Of a DNA stretch of 64,000 bases, positions 37,201-49,831 are shown in pieces. Location of the stretch: assembly GCF_001447785.1 (NCBI RefSeq), contig NW_015172014.1:852667-916666 (forward strand), written 5' to 3'. Numbering within the stretch: position 1 is the first letter of the stretch; each line of letters starts with the position of its first letter. The notes below the pieces were generated by a model that worked only from the letters and a program-made list of their open reading frames with translations, was not told the origin of the DNA and did no database searches. The position numbers and the translations under genes were made by a program. This DNA is from Gekko japonicus. Lineage: Eukaryota.

Positions 37201-40200
37201 CTATCAGTGAGCCACAGCCCCTACCCAGAACTGCCTTATACTGGAGCCGCCTTATACTGAGTCAGACCATTGGTCCATTAAAGTCAGTGTGGTTTCGCAG
37301 ACTGGCAGCGGCTCTCCAGGGTCTCAGGCAGAGACGCAGTCACACAGTCGAGTCTGACTCTTCGCGACCCCACGATGGACCACCTCACACCAGGCCCTCC
37401 TGTCTTCCGTCGTGCTCCGGAGTTTGCTTGACAAAACTCTGTTAGCCTTTGCCCTGCTTCATTTTCTCCTCCAAGGCCAAACTTGTCTGTTATTCCGGTT
37501 ACCTTTTGACTTCCTACTTTAGCATTCCAGTCCCCTATGATGATGAGGACATCTCTTTTTTTGGTGTTAGTTCTATGAGGTGTTGCGGGTCTTCATAGAA
37601 CCGGTCCACTTCAGCCTCTTCTACCTCCAGTTAGGCGTAGTGGTTAAGTGCACAGAATCTAATCTGGGAGAACCGGGTTTGATTCCTCACTCCTCCACTT
37701 GCAGCTGCTGGATGACCTTGGGCAAGCCGTAGTTCTGTCAGAGCTGTTCTTGAAAAAAGAGCCATTTCTGTCAGAGTTCTCTCAGCCCCACCGACCTCGC
37801 AGGGTGTCTGTTGTGGGGAGGGGAAGGGAAAGGAGTCTGTAAGCTGCTCTGAGACACCTTTGGGTAGTGAAGGGCGGGGTATAAATCCAATCTCCTCCTC
37901 CTCCTCTTCTTCTTCTTCTGCTGCTGCGTCAGTACTTGGGGCATAGACTTGGATTACTGTGATGTTAAACCCACCTGATGTGCAAATGTGTACCTGTGAA
38001 GTCACAATGCAACTACCAGAGAATGAGTCAGGCCCTTTTGGCCACCCAGCCCAGCCTCATCACGGGAGGAGCAGATTTCCTGGGGAAGGATTCCTTTTTT
38101 TGGCCCAGGAAGCTTGTGCTGCGGCTGTGTCCCGAGTTCCACTTGCGCTAGGAGGATTTCTAAAATTAGCTCTGGAATGGGAGTTGACCCGGCTCGCTCC
38201 ACCTTTCAGCCCCTTCCATTGTTTGTCTCGCTCTCTCGTTCTCTCTCCCCATGTAACGGATGCACATGTGTGTGCTGGCTGGATCATGCCCACAACAAGA
38301 GAGCAGTTGGAGCCAGTGCTCCCTCTAAGCTGAGTTAGTGTGAGCTAGCTCACAGTTTTTTAGCCTCCGGCTCACACATTTTTGCCTTAGCTCAGGAAGG
38401 GTGGCTCCAGAGCAAACTAATTTATGCAGTAGGCAAATCGTTGGCTCACAACTTTAATGCCAGTAGCTCACCAAGTAGAATTTTGGCTCATAAGACTCCG
38501 CAGCTTATAGGGAGCACGGGTTGGTACATGTGAGAGGGTCACCATTCTTTTGGTCCAGTGTTCCGCTTTTTTAGAATGCGTGATACAGCAGACAGGAATA
38601 ATCACTTATAGTTTAATCATATAACTTAATGGATAAATTCCATACTTTGTAATTCATCTGTCATCCAAAAGTACTATCAGCAATCCTGTGTTCTGCCTTT
38701 ATGTAATCAACCCTACTTCTCTGTATAATGTTCTGTATTAAAGGTAAAGGTAAAGGTTCCCTTGCTCGAAAGCCAGTCGAATCCGACTCTAGGGTTGCGG
38801 TGCTCATCTCCGTTTCAAAGCCGAAGAGCCAGCGCTGTCCGAAGACGTTTCCGTGGTCATGTGGCCGGCATGACTAAACACCAAGGTGCACGGAACGCTG
38901 TTCCCTTCCCACCGAAGTGGTACCTATTTATCTACTTGCAATTTCTTGCTTTCGAACTGCTAGGTTGGCAGGAGCTGGAACTAGAGACAGGAGCTCACCC
39001 CGTCTTGCGGCACCCGGGTCTTGAACTCCTGAACTCCTGACCTTCCACAGCCTGCAGTTCAGCATCTTAACCACTTGAGCCACTGCAGCTCCTTAATGTT
39101 CTGTATTACTGTGTTATTAAAAGTTAATAAAGTTTCTATTTAAAAAAAAAATACAGCAGACAGGAAAAGACCCGGGTGGCAAGAAGTGACTGAGGGCAAC
39201 AGCAAGCAACGGCTGCCTGCACAGAACCCTGTCAGAATTCATGCCACACAGGTGCATTCTGGGCTTTCCAGCCTCCCAGTGGATGAGGCCTGGAGATCTC
39301 CCAGAATTACAGCCGACCTCCAGACTACAGAGGCCAGCCCAATGTTCCCTCTAAGCTGTGGAGTCTTGTGAGCAAAAATTCTACTCTGCGAGCTCCTGGC
39401 ATTAAAGTCGTGAGCGAGCGATTTGGCTACTGCATAAATGAGTTTGCTCTGGAGCCCCATCCTTCCTGAGCTAAGACAAAAATGTGCAAGCCGGAGGCTA
39501 AAAAACTCTGAGCTAGCTCACAGTAACTCAGCTTAGAGGGAACACTGGAGGCTACATCCCCCGGAGAAAAAGGCTGCACTGGAGGGTGGACTCCGGGACA
39601 TTGTTCCGTGCTGAGGTCTCTCCCCAGGCTCTGCCCCCAAATCTCCTAGAGTTTCCCAGCCTGGAGTTGGCAACCGTGTTACCCAGCCACTGCGCCCTCT
39701 CTAGGAGCAGTTCACCCCCCAAGCAGACCTGCACTGCTGTGGCAGGGGCACTGGAAGGGGGGGACCCCATTTCTCTTCCCTCCCAGACTGTGGCGGCTCC
39801 AGCCTGTTTGCGAAATCTTGGGACGTGTTCGAAATTGTGACGCGGAGAGTGCCTCTGAACATGTGCAGAGCGATTCCTCCTCAAAATCAACTCACAGATT
39901 TCGCAGGCAAAGCACACAGGGTCTGATTTCTGGGCAACAGGCCTACTGCAGAGAAAGTTAACTGTGCACGCAGCCTGCTGGGCCTCCCCTCGGTGCCGTC
40001 GGACTCTAAATTTGTTCTACTACTTCAGACCAACACGGCTGACCAACTGGATCTTTCTCCAGCCTGGCTCCCTGCCCTTTGACACCCGTGAACCAGCAGT
40101 CCATCGGCACAATTAACTTCCTTAGCGGCAGGCACCCATGGGGTGTTTGGTCAGGGCCGTGTTCCTCCCCTCAGCGAGTGACCTTCCCTCCTTTCCCGCC

Positions 40201-43200
40201 TCCCCTAGGGGAAAAGATGACCCTCTCCATCTTCGCCCTCCTCACCCTGACGGTGTTTCTTCTCCTGCTGGCCGATAAAGTCCCGGAGACGTCCCTGGCG
40301 GTGCCCATCATCGTCAAATACCTCATGTTCACCATGATCCTGGTCACCTTCTCCGTCATCCTCAGCGTGGTGGACATGAACCTGCACCACCGCTCTCCCA
40401 ACACGCACGAGATGCCCTTCTGGGTGAGGCAGGTAGGGCTCCCTGCTCCAGAGGGGCACCGGGGACCACCGGGGGTCAGCTGTGTTCCAGAGGGAGAAGG
40501 AACGGGGGCTGCCGTGGAGCCAGATCCATCTTGACATTATTTCATTACCCACATGGTCATTCAGGATCACTGTTGTGGGGCCCAGGTCACGTGGTGGTGG
40601 TGGTGGTGGAAGAGAGTGCCGTCAAGTTGCAGCCGACATGGTAGCCCTGTTGGGTTTCCAGGCAGGAGACAAGGTAGTTTGCCATTGCCTGTGTCTGCGT
40701 AGCAACCCTGGGCTTCCTTAGAGGTCTCCCATCCAAGTACGAACCAGGGCTGACCTTGCTTGGCTTCCGAGGTCCTATCAGGTCGGCCTAGCCAGGTCCA
40801 TCCAGGTCACATACGCACAACAAACATGAACCAGTTTGAAAGGGCTGTAAGTGTCATGGATGTCCCACACAGACACCTGGAGACCTGCGGTTTCATGGCA
40901 GAGATCTCTAGTCCAGGGGTGTCAAACATGCAGCCCGGGGGCCAGATCAGGCCCCCGGAGGGCTTCTATCAGACCCGCAGTGGAGCTGGCTGTCTTCTGC
41001 TTCTTCTTCCAGTTCTGCTGCTGCTGCATCATCATCGTAGGTTTGCAGTTTACAGAGACACACCTGAAATATTCAAGATTGCCACAGCACAGACATTTTG
41101 ATGCAGCAATTCAGAGCAAGAGGTGTCAGTTATCAGACACTGTTAAATAAACAAATATTGCAAGAGTGCTGATGTTTTAAGCATGTTTTTATTTTAAGTT
41201 AAAAAAAACCCTTTGTGTTTGTGTCCTTTATAAAGTTTATATCTCCGCTACCTGGCATTACATTTTATGACACATGTGGCCCCGCCCGACAAGTTTATGT
41301 CAGATCCGGCCCTCATCACAAATGAGTTCGACACCCTGCTCTAGTCCCTCCCAGGTTTCCGCAGTGGAGCGTCATGTCTACCTGGTGCAGGTCAACCCAT
41401 TTCAAGCCTGCGTAATAGATTTGAAACTGGTTTCTATGTAAAGTTTAGAAGTGGTGTCTTGGAAGGGGTGTGTGTCTGCTTTTGTTTGTTTAAAAATATG
41501 CAGGTCGAGCACAGGTGACTGGGAGGGACATGGGGGCAATGCGGAATCAGGGCGGGGCCTCCAACAAGCCAGCGTCTTCTGGCCACACCTCTGAAGCCTC
41601 CCTTCCCGGCACCAGCCAGTTTGGAAACTCATGTTTGTCCCAACCTCCGTGGCTTCTACAAAATCTCACTTGCCTCATGGATTGTCTGAAAGTGGGCCAA
41701 ACGAGGGCCGAAGGCAAGGTGCGTACCTACCTGCCTGATGCAACCAACCTCCAAAGGTACGTGGAGACTCTCTCTTTCCTCTGTCTCTTGTCTCTAGATT
41801 TTTATCCACAAACTTCCTCGGTATTTGGGGCTGCGTCGTCCAAAGCCGGAACCCACTATCAAACCCGTCCCCTTGCCCCCAAAACAGGAGCCCACGGTGA
41901 AAAGCAACCGTCGTATGGATGAGTATTTCCTCCGCACACCTGCCTGTGACTTCCTCTTCCCCAAACCTAACAGGTAAGTTTCTGACCAGAGGAGGGATCT
42001 GGGTGAAATTGCTGGAAAACTATATATCAGGAGTCCACAAGAGTGCTCCTTTCCTGATGCCTGCCAAGTGTCTTTATTAAGTCTACAGGACCAGGTGGGG
42101 CTTTTACCCAGCAAGGCTTCTGATTGGCCGCTGGAGATTTGATTGGCTGTGCCGATTTTTTAAAATGTTCCTTTGGCAACAGCTGCCACCATAGTCCAAA
42201 GATCTTCACTGTGTGACTGAAGGTCAACTGAGGCAACCATTTTGTGGCTGCCTCCACCTCCTGAGGCAGCCATTTTGTGGCAGCCATCTTGTAGCTTTGC
42301 CCACCATACTCCATCAGTATTCCAAAGCTGCCCACAGGCTCTAAAAGGTTGGGGGCCCCTATACACTGTGGCCGTGGAAATGTGCAGGGTATTTTGTCTT
42401 CTTTTACAATTTTTAGGCGAAAAATTGAAATGGGGTGGGAGGAGTGACCCATCTTGCAGTATTTCCTTGATAGCTGTTCATATCCTTCCCTTCAACAATC
42501 CACCCCTTATTACCCTACCTGTACTTTCCTTGTCCTTCCCTCCATTGGCTGAAATTCTGATTGAAAGCTCCATGGGCCAGGGATGTGTAGTCACCAGAGT
42601 GTTGGATTCCAGGCTACAGCAGACCCAGGTTTGAAACCCCTGCTCTGCCATGGAAGCTCGCTGGATGACCTCGGGCCAGTCACTCCCTTTCAGCCTATGT
42701 TGTAAAGATAAAATGGGAAAGGAAGGACCAGGCATGCTGCTCCTAGCTTCCTTGAAGAATATTTAAAAGTTTAATGAACAGTTTAAAAGAATATATGTAG
42801 CCTGTCCAAGCATCAGACTGAGCATGGATATAAAGAAAAGGTGAAATCACACAGTTCTGTAAACCTTCTATTTATTCTAAATGATATTTAACTAGGATAA
42901 GCTACTAATTCTTGGAACTGCAGCCTTTAAAAGTGCAGCATTACCTGGACAAGACGGACTTCCTAGGTAAAAGTTTAGTCCTTCATGGCCTGTACCCATA
43001 AAAACAGAAGCAGGTTTTTTCTTGTTGTCCTGAGAATGTATAATCTCCTTTTGGTAGTCCATCCCTCTCTGGGGTCAGTCATGATGTTTCTGAGCCACAG
43101 TCTCTTTCCCTGTTTCTTGTCTTTAGGTGTGACAATCTAGAAGAGGTGTTAGATGGTAGACCCTTTGTCTCACTCCAGCTAGAGCCATTTGCATAAATAA

Positions 43201-45522
43201 GTGCTGGAGTGTACTGTGCTTGGGGTTTGATTATTCATTCCCCCGACACCTTTCCTCTGTGCCAGATACAGACATGCAGCAGGGCTCCAGTATATGGACA
43301 GACTGCAGTCTCAATTATTGGACTACAAACGTGATCTCTAGGGTGGAGAGCAGTGTTCCCTCTAAGCTGAGTTAGTGTGAGCTAGCTCACAGTTTTTTAG
43401 CCTCCAGCTCACACATTTTTGTCTTTGCTCAGGAAGGATGGCTCCAGAGCAAACTAATTTATGCAGTAGCCAAATCGCTCGCTCACAACTTTAATGCCAG
43501 CAGCTCACAAAGTAGAATTTTTGCTCACAAGACTCCACAGCTTAGAGGGAGCATTGGTGGAGAGTGTTTCTCCGCAGCCTGTATCCTCCCACACTGCTCA
43601 GCCAAGCTGGAAGCCTTCCTCCCACAGAAGAGGCACAGATGGCAGCAATGCTCCCTCTAAGCTGTGGAGTCTTGTGAGCAAAAATCCCACTTTGTGAGCT
43701 GCTGGCATTAAAGTTGTGAGCGAGCGATTTGGCTGCTGCATAACTCAGTTTGCTCTGGAGCCCTCCTTCCTGAGCTAATTTGAAAATCTGTGAGCTGGAG
43801 GCTAAAAAATTGTGAGCTAGCTCACACTGACTCAGCTTAGAGGGAGCACTGGACGGCAGCTCCTTTGACTGGAGAAAAGCTTCTATGGTGGCCATTTTGC
43901 TTTAGGCATAGTGTTCCCCTCACCCTGGGTGACCAGCCGGCTTTCAGAAGAACCCCCTAAATGTTCATGCTTTTTTTCATGGCAACCAACATTTTTCATA
44001 AAAGGTCCCCCCTCCTTTCAGCTTAGCCAGCCTTACTTGCCAAAAAAGATATAGCCGACTCTGCTCCTGTCGCTGGCGAACACACGCCTTTCTTTCCCTT
44101 CCAAGGTTTCAGCCAGAGGTGTTCTCCACGGATATGAAGAAATTCATCGAGGGCCCCAGCCACTGCCTCGCCCTCCCCCCAGACCTGAAGTCAGCCATGG
44201 ACGCTGTCATGTATATTGCCGAGCAGCTGCAGGAGCAAGACGACTATGATGCGGTGAGCGGCTGGTGGGGAGCGAGGGAGGGGAGGCAGCTGATCCGGCG
44301 GGGCTCCGGCACTGTCCTGACAGGTTGGGGTTACAGGAGCAAGCAAGGAATTCCATGCTGAGGCAGCCTGACTGTGAGACAGTTAAGAGTTTTTGAGCAC
44401 CATTAAGGGAGGTCAGCCAGGGTTGATAGATCTAATGCATTGCACACAAATGCACCAAGACATTTTCTTGCTCAAGCCCCATGGAAATGGACAGGGGATG
44501 CACAGGACCACAGTTGTCCCATTAATTCCAGTTGGCCATGGCCACGAGTCTCCCCCAAGAGATTTGTGCCATCTCTAGATCAGCCAAACCAACCTTGAAA
44601 ACAAATCAGGCGGTATCAGAATGCCCCTGTATAAATCGATGGTGCGACCTCATTTGGAGTACTGTGCACAGTTCTGGTCACCACACCTCAGAAAGGATAT
44701 TATAGCATTGGGGAAAGTGCAGAAAAGGGCAACTAGGATGATCAAAGGGTTGGAACACTTTCCCTGTGAAGAAAGGTTAAAGCGCTTGGGGCTCTTTAGC
44801 TTGGAGGAACGATGGCTCAGGGGTGACATGATCGATTTTTATAAGATTATGCATGGGAAAGAGCAGGTCGAGAAAGAAGGACTTTTCTCCCTTTCTCACA
44901 ATACAAGAATTCGTGGGCACTCCATGAAATTGCTGAGTGGTCGGGTTAGAACGGATAAAAGGAAGTCCTTCTTCACCCAAAGAGTGATTCACACATGGAA
45001 TTCACTGCCACAGGAGGTGGTGGAGGCTACAAGCATGGACGGCTTCAAAAGGGAATTAGATAAGCATATGGAGCAGAGGTCCATCAGTGGCTATTAGCAG
45101 ATAGGAACTCTCAGTCCAGGGCAAGTGAAGCTCTGTATTCCTGGTGCTGGGGAGGTGGGCAACAGTGGGAGGGCTTCTAGTGTCTAGTGTACTGCTGGAC
45201 CTCCTGAGGCCCCCTGGTATTTTTGGCCACTGTGTGACACAAGAGTGTTGGACTGGATGGGCCATTGGCCTGTATCAACATGGGCTTCTCTGATGTTCTT
45301 ATGTCCCCATCTGGTCTTCCTCGCTGCCTGTCTCTTTGGTGATTGCCTCATCATCTTCCCTTTGCTTCCCTTCCCTCCCAGCTGAAGGAGGACTGGGAAT
45401 ATGTGGCCATTGTGGTGGACCGCCTTTTCTTCTGGACCTTCATCATCTTCACCACCGTCGGCACCCTCACCATCTTCCTGGATGCCAGCTTCCACCTGCC
45501 CCCCGACAACCCCTTCCCCTGA
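28464..45522 (+). CDS. CHRNB1: Acetylcholine receptor subunit beta (muscle nAChR beta1), complete 11-exon CDS, 494 aa
   Basis: join(28464..28515,29188..29327,30781..30825,31981..32090,32791..32899,33461..33608,35400..35591,40209..40432,41798..41973,44106..44253,45382..45522) = 1485 nt, all GT-AG and in frame. Signal peptide [17 protein letters not shown], Cys-loop [16 protein letters not shown]1 [31 protein letters not shown]2 [26 protein letters not shown], beta-specific [18 protein letters not shown] loop, M4 and C-terminus ..HLPPDNPFP*. Confidence 0.97.
29648..29999 (+). mobile_element. Sauria SINE with target-site duplication
   Basis: (ACCTTT)n tail; flanking direct repeat TATTGATAACT. 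Confidence 0.9.
30143..30647. repeat. AT-rich nested inverted-repeat insertion with 17-nt flanking direct repeat
   Basis: Arms 30193-30280/30547-30632 and 30277-30325/30375-30424; direct repeat CCA(A/G)TTCAGAATATTGT at 30143-30159 and 30631-30647. Confidence 0.85.
33659..34339. mobile_element. hAT-type MITE family B (TIR CAGGGGTCATTT), containing a (GA)n(GAAA)n microsatellite
   Basis: CAGGGGTCATTTCG...AATGACCCCTG. Other copies at 35643-36060, 50086-50469 and 53586-54329. Confidence 0.8.
36810..37975 (-). mobile_element. Fragmented RTE/BovB-like LINE interleaved with SINEs
   Basis: BovB-like 3' end (CTTCAGTCTTTCCCAGCATCAGGG..GGCCAAAGTACTTGAGCTTCAG), 5' region (GACAAAACTCTGTTAGCCTTTGCCCTGCTTCATTTT) and endonuclease motif [11 protein letters not shown]. 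Confidence 0.75.
38741..39093 (-). mobile_element. Sauria SINE with 15-bp TSD
   Basis: AAGGTAAAGGTAAAGG tail; TAATGTTCTGTATTA on both flanks. Confidence 0.9.
40914..41338. mobile_element. hAT MITE with 8-bp TSD
   Basis: CAGGGGTGTCAAAC...GTTCGACACCCTG, flanked by CTCTAGTC on both sides. Confidence 0.8.
44620..45304 (+). mobile_element. CR1 LINE 3' fragment (young)
   Basis: Uninterrupted ORF 44621..45097 [36 protein letters not shown], plus 3' UTR and tail. Confidence 0.92.
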
Positions 45523-45740
45523 GTTCCTGGCCTTCTCCCCCACACTGGGCGGGGGGCACACACACCCCCTTGCCTTTCCAACAAGGAAGACCTCAAGATC
45601 CACCAAAGAGTGAAACAAGTCAGAGAGAACTTGGTTATTTTAACATCTGCAGTGAACTCAAACTCCATGTGGCTCCCTTCAGATTTTCATCTGAAATGAC
45701 CTGTGCAGTGATTGTTGGTTTTGGCTTTCCGGTTATGAGC

Positions 45741-46147
45741 ATTAAATGGCTGGGGCCATTGGGCCTCTGGACCCACAAAGTTCATGCTGGCTACTCCAGT
45801 TCGAGAGCCAGTTTGGTGTCGTGGTGAAGTGCGCGGACTCTAATCTGGGAGAACCGGGTTTGATTCCCCACTCCTCCACTCGCAGCTGCTGGATGACCTT
45901 GGGCGAGCCGTAGTTCTGATAAGAGCTGTTCTTGAAAAAGAGCAGTTTCTGTCAAGAGCTCTCTCAGCCCCGCCTACCTCCCAGGGTGTCTGTTGTGGGG
46001 AGAGGAAGGGAAAGGAGTTTGTAAGCCGCTCTGAGACACCTTTGGGTAGTGAAGGGCGGGATATAAATCCAATCTCTTCTTCTTCTCTCTTCTCTTCTTC
46101 TTCCAGTGTGTTGGTCACTAGAAGGCTGGCGCTAGCGTTCCAATAAA
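45741..46147 (+). terminator. Candidate CHRNB1 polyA signals (ATTAAA 45741-45746; AATAAA 46142-46147)
   Basis: Hexamers about 220 and 620 nt after the stop. Use of the distal one would place a SINE in the 3' UTR. Confidence 0.4.
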
Positions 46148-46167
46148 CCCCACAATGAATTCAATGT

Positions 46168-46512
46168 AAGGTAAAGGTAAAGGTTCCCTTGCTCGAAAGC
46201 CAGTCGAATCCGACTCTAGGGTTGCGGTGCTCATCTCCGTTTCAAAGCCGAAGAGCCAGCGCTGTCCGAATACTTCTCCGTGGTCATGTGGCCGGCATGA
46301 CTGAACACCAAGGCACACGGAACGCTGTTACCTTCCCACCGGAGTGGTACCTATTTATCTACTTGCAATTTCTTGCTTTCGAACTGCTAGGTTGGCAGGA
46401 GCTGGAACTAGAGATGGGAGCTCACTCCATCATGCGGGTCTCGAACTGCTGAACTACTGACCTTCCACAGCCTGCAGTTCAGCATCTTAACCACTTGAGC
46501 CACCGCAGCTCC
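46168..46512 (-). mobile_element. Sauria SINE with TSD ATTCAATGTA
   Basis: Same family as the copy at 38741; flanking direct repeat present. Confidence 0.9.
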
Positions 46513-47918
46513 ATTCAATGTATAAATGTATAAATAATTGCATAATAATTTCTTTGATCATTGCGCAAATTGGAAAGTACATTGTTTTCCCTTACTTGTA
46601 TGGAATTATAACCACTGTATCAGAATGCTGTGAAACTACCCCAGTGGTCTTAAGTAAGTGTACTTCTGAATTAGACCAGGGGTTGCTGAGGCATGGCCAT
46701 GTTTACTCTCGATTTACTTAACCGACAGATTTTGATATCCACTGTGGTGTTCCAAAGAGGAGAGTAAAGACAGCTGTGCTCTACCCTTCTTGTACCTTTT
46801 AATGTCACCGTTCTTCTAAGAAGCTCAGAAAAGCATGAATGGTTCCACCTTCCTTATTTTATCCTCACAACAACCTTGCGGAGTAGGTTAGGCTGGGAGG
46901 TGACTGGCCCAGGGTCCTCTGGTGCGATTCATGGCAGAAGGACTGCCTCTGCTTGGCGTGCAGAAGGTCCCAGGTTCAATCCCCGGCACCTCCAGTTAAA
47001 AAGATCAAGTTGTAGGTGATGTGAAAGACCTCTGCGTGAGGCTCTGCCTGAGACCCTGGAGAGCCACTGCCAGTCTGAGTAGGGAATCCGGGCCTTAATG
47101 GACCTGATTCAGTTTATGACAGCTTAATATGAGTAGAATAGGGTGGGGCAGGTTGAATCCTGGCCTTCCAGATTCCAACCTAGCCACTATAGAGAGCCAG
47201 TTTGGTGCAGTGGTTAAGTGTGCGGACCCTAATCTGGGAGAACTGGGTTTGATTCCCCACTCCTCCACTTCCACCTGCTGGATGACCTTGGGCAAGCCAT
47301 AGTTCTGGCACAGCTGTTCTTGAAAAAGAGCAGTTTCTGTCCGAGCTCTCTCAGCCCCGCCTACATCACAGGGTNNNNNNNNNNNNNNNNNNNNNNNNNN
47401 NNNNNNGTGGCTATTAGCCACAAGGTATAGATAGAGACTCTGGGGCAAGTGATGCTCTGTCATCTTGGTGCTTGGGGGGGTCAACAGTGGGATGGCTTCT
47501 AATGTCCTGGCCCCACTGGTGGACCTCCTGATGGCACTGGTATTTCTGGCCACTGTGTGATACAGAGTGTTGGCCTGATCCAACATTGGCATCTCTTATG
47601 TTCTTATGTTCTTATGTTCAATCTCTTCTCTTCTTCTTCTCTTCTATACCATACTGGTTGTGTGTATTTACTTCTGATTTGCACCAGGGTGCTGAAGAAA
47701 AGAAGCGGCCCCATTTGTAGGTATTTCTTGGCAGCTACCCAAAGTGATGCTGAAGAAGTAAAGAACATCCTCCTAGGCACTAAGGGAGGAGAACTTTTGG
47801 GGTGGGGCAACTAGGGTGGGAGAGGAGAAAAAAAGCAAAACAGCTTTCTCCGCCCGTGTCTGGCATGGGGGCTGGTGTTGGGCATCAGGAAAGTTCTGGC
47901 CAGGCCAAAGGGCTGGCA

Positions 47919-48065
47919 GACTTGTCCCTCCACAGTGACAGAGGTGTGTGTTTGAAGCAACCAGTCTGTACAAGGCTCCCTCTTAGACTGGGACTTGTCT
48001 CTCCACAGTGACAGAGGTGTGTGTTTGAAGCAACCAGTCTGTACAAGGCTCCCTCTTAGACTGGG
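47919..48065. repeat. 73-bp tandem duplication
   Basis: GACTTGTC(C/T)CTCCACAGTGACAGAGG...CTTAGACTGG at 47919 and 47992. Confidence 0.85.
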
Positions 48066-49483
48066 AAGAGGTGCAATCCCTCTTTAATAACATGTCCGTT
48101 TGCACCGATGAACAGCCCTTTCTGATGGCCACCGGCAGAGGCACAGAGAGAGAGAGGCCAAATGAAGTTCTGTGCGTGCAAGGAGGAGGAGATTGGATAT
48201 ATACCCCGCCATTCACTCTGAGTCTCAGAGCGGCTTACAACCTCCTTTCCCTTCCCCTCCCCACAACAGACACCCTGCGAGGGAGGTGGGGCCGAGAGAG
48301 CTCTTTCCAGAACTGTCCTTGAGAGAACAGCTCTGACAGAACTACGGCTTGCCCAAGGTCACACCAGCAGCTGCATGTGGAGGAGTGGGGAATCAAACCC
48401 GGTTCTCCCAGATTACACCAAACTGGCTTTCTCAGGAGTGTCCCTAACCCTCTCTGTCATTTTGCAGAATGTTGGGGGGTGTGTGTTTTTTTTGTCAACA
48501 GCAACCAGAACTGTTCAGGAGGGCAAACTCATAAAGGTAGCAGAACGCTAGTATAATGGATCAGAATAATAAACTTCTCCCACGGTGACTGTTCCGCCGC
48601 CTTAGACAACAGTTCTTCAATTACCAGCCCGATGCATTATTTCGTTTTATTAAGAATCTTGCTGTGAGATTGAATTGTTGTACGTAAGGGATAAATGTTA
48701 CCTACATCGATCGTTCTGTTGCCTTAGAGAGGGTGTTTTTTTGCTTGCTTGTGTTGTTTCTCCCGGTCTTCGGTCCCAGCCCCGCAGGGTTATTTTTGTT
48801 CTATTAAGAAACTTTGCTGTTCAACTGAATCCTTCTGTCATGTTTTGTACGCCTCTCGCTTGACTGACTGAGTCACCTTTCTCAGACCAGTGAACTTCCT
48901 GCCCCGCCGGTAGATCCAGGTGTTTCTGCCATTCTTTTTGTCATTTGCTCGCTGGTGGATTGTGTCCAGGAGGGGTCCCATTGCCAGCCCAGCCCAGACT
49001 TAGAATCACAGAATCACAGAGTTGGAAGGGACCCTACAGGACATCTAGTCCAACCCCCCTGCTCAATGCAGGATCAGCCTAGAGTATCCCTGGAGCCGGG
49101 AGCCACAGTAGCCTTACTCGGAGCCGCAAGGTGCTCACTTGAGAACCCGCAGCGCCAGCAAAAGGGAAGCCCACCAGGACAGTTGCTGCGTCGTGGGTGG
49201 GCCCTCTGAGGCCCAAATTCAACCACAGCCAACAGCTGCTAAGCCCCGCCGGGAGGACCGGGAACAGGGAGGACGGATGTCGCAGCAGCAGCAACACAGT
49301 TCAGTCACTGCCCAGGGTGGTGTCGGGGTTAAGAGTGGGGGGGGCCCCACTCCTCCTCCACATGAAGCCAGCGGGGAGGCCTCGAGCCAGTCACGGTTCT
49401 CTCAGAATGCTCTCCGCCCCACAAATCTCACAAGGTGCCTGTTGTGGGGAGAGGAAGGGAAGGAGATTGTAGGAGAAAGGAAA

Positions 49484-49831
49484 AAGGTAAAGGTTCCCTT
49501 GCTCGAAAGCCAGTCGAATCCGACTCTAGGGTTGCGGTGCTCATCTCCATTTCAAAGCCGAAGAGCCAGCGCTGTCCAAAGACGTTTCCGTGGTCATGTG
49601 GCCGGCATGACTAAACACCAAGGAGCACGGAACGCTGTTACCTTCCCACCAAAGTGGTCCCTATTTATCTACTTGCAATTTCTTGCTTTCGAACTGCTGG
49701 GTTGGCAGGAGCTGGAACCAGAGACGGGAGCTCACTCTGTCATGCGGCACACTCGGGTCTCGAACTGCTGAACTACCGACCTTCCACAGCCTGCAGTTCA
49801 GCATCTTAACCACTTGAGCCACCGCAGCTCC
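49484..49831 (-). mobile_element. Sauria SINE
   Basis: Family sequence; flanking TAGGAGAAA repeat. Confidence 0.88.

Noticed and set aside
40217-40225. Thr at the M2 2' position of CHRNB1 (human Gly)
   Set aside because: Small polar residues are common at 2' in other subunits and species; not clearly unusual.
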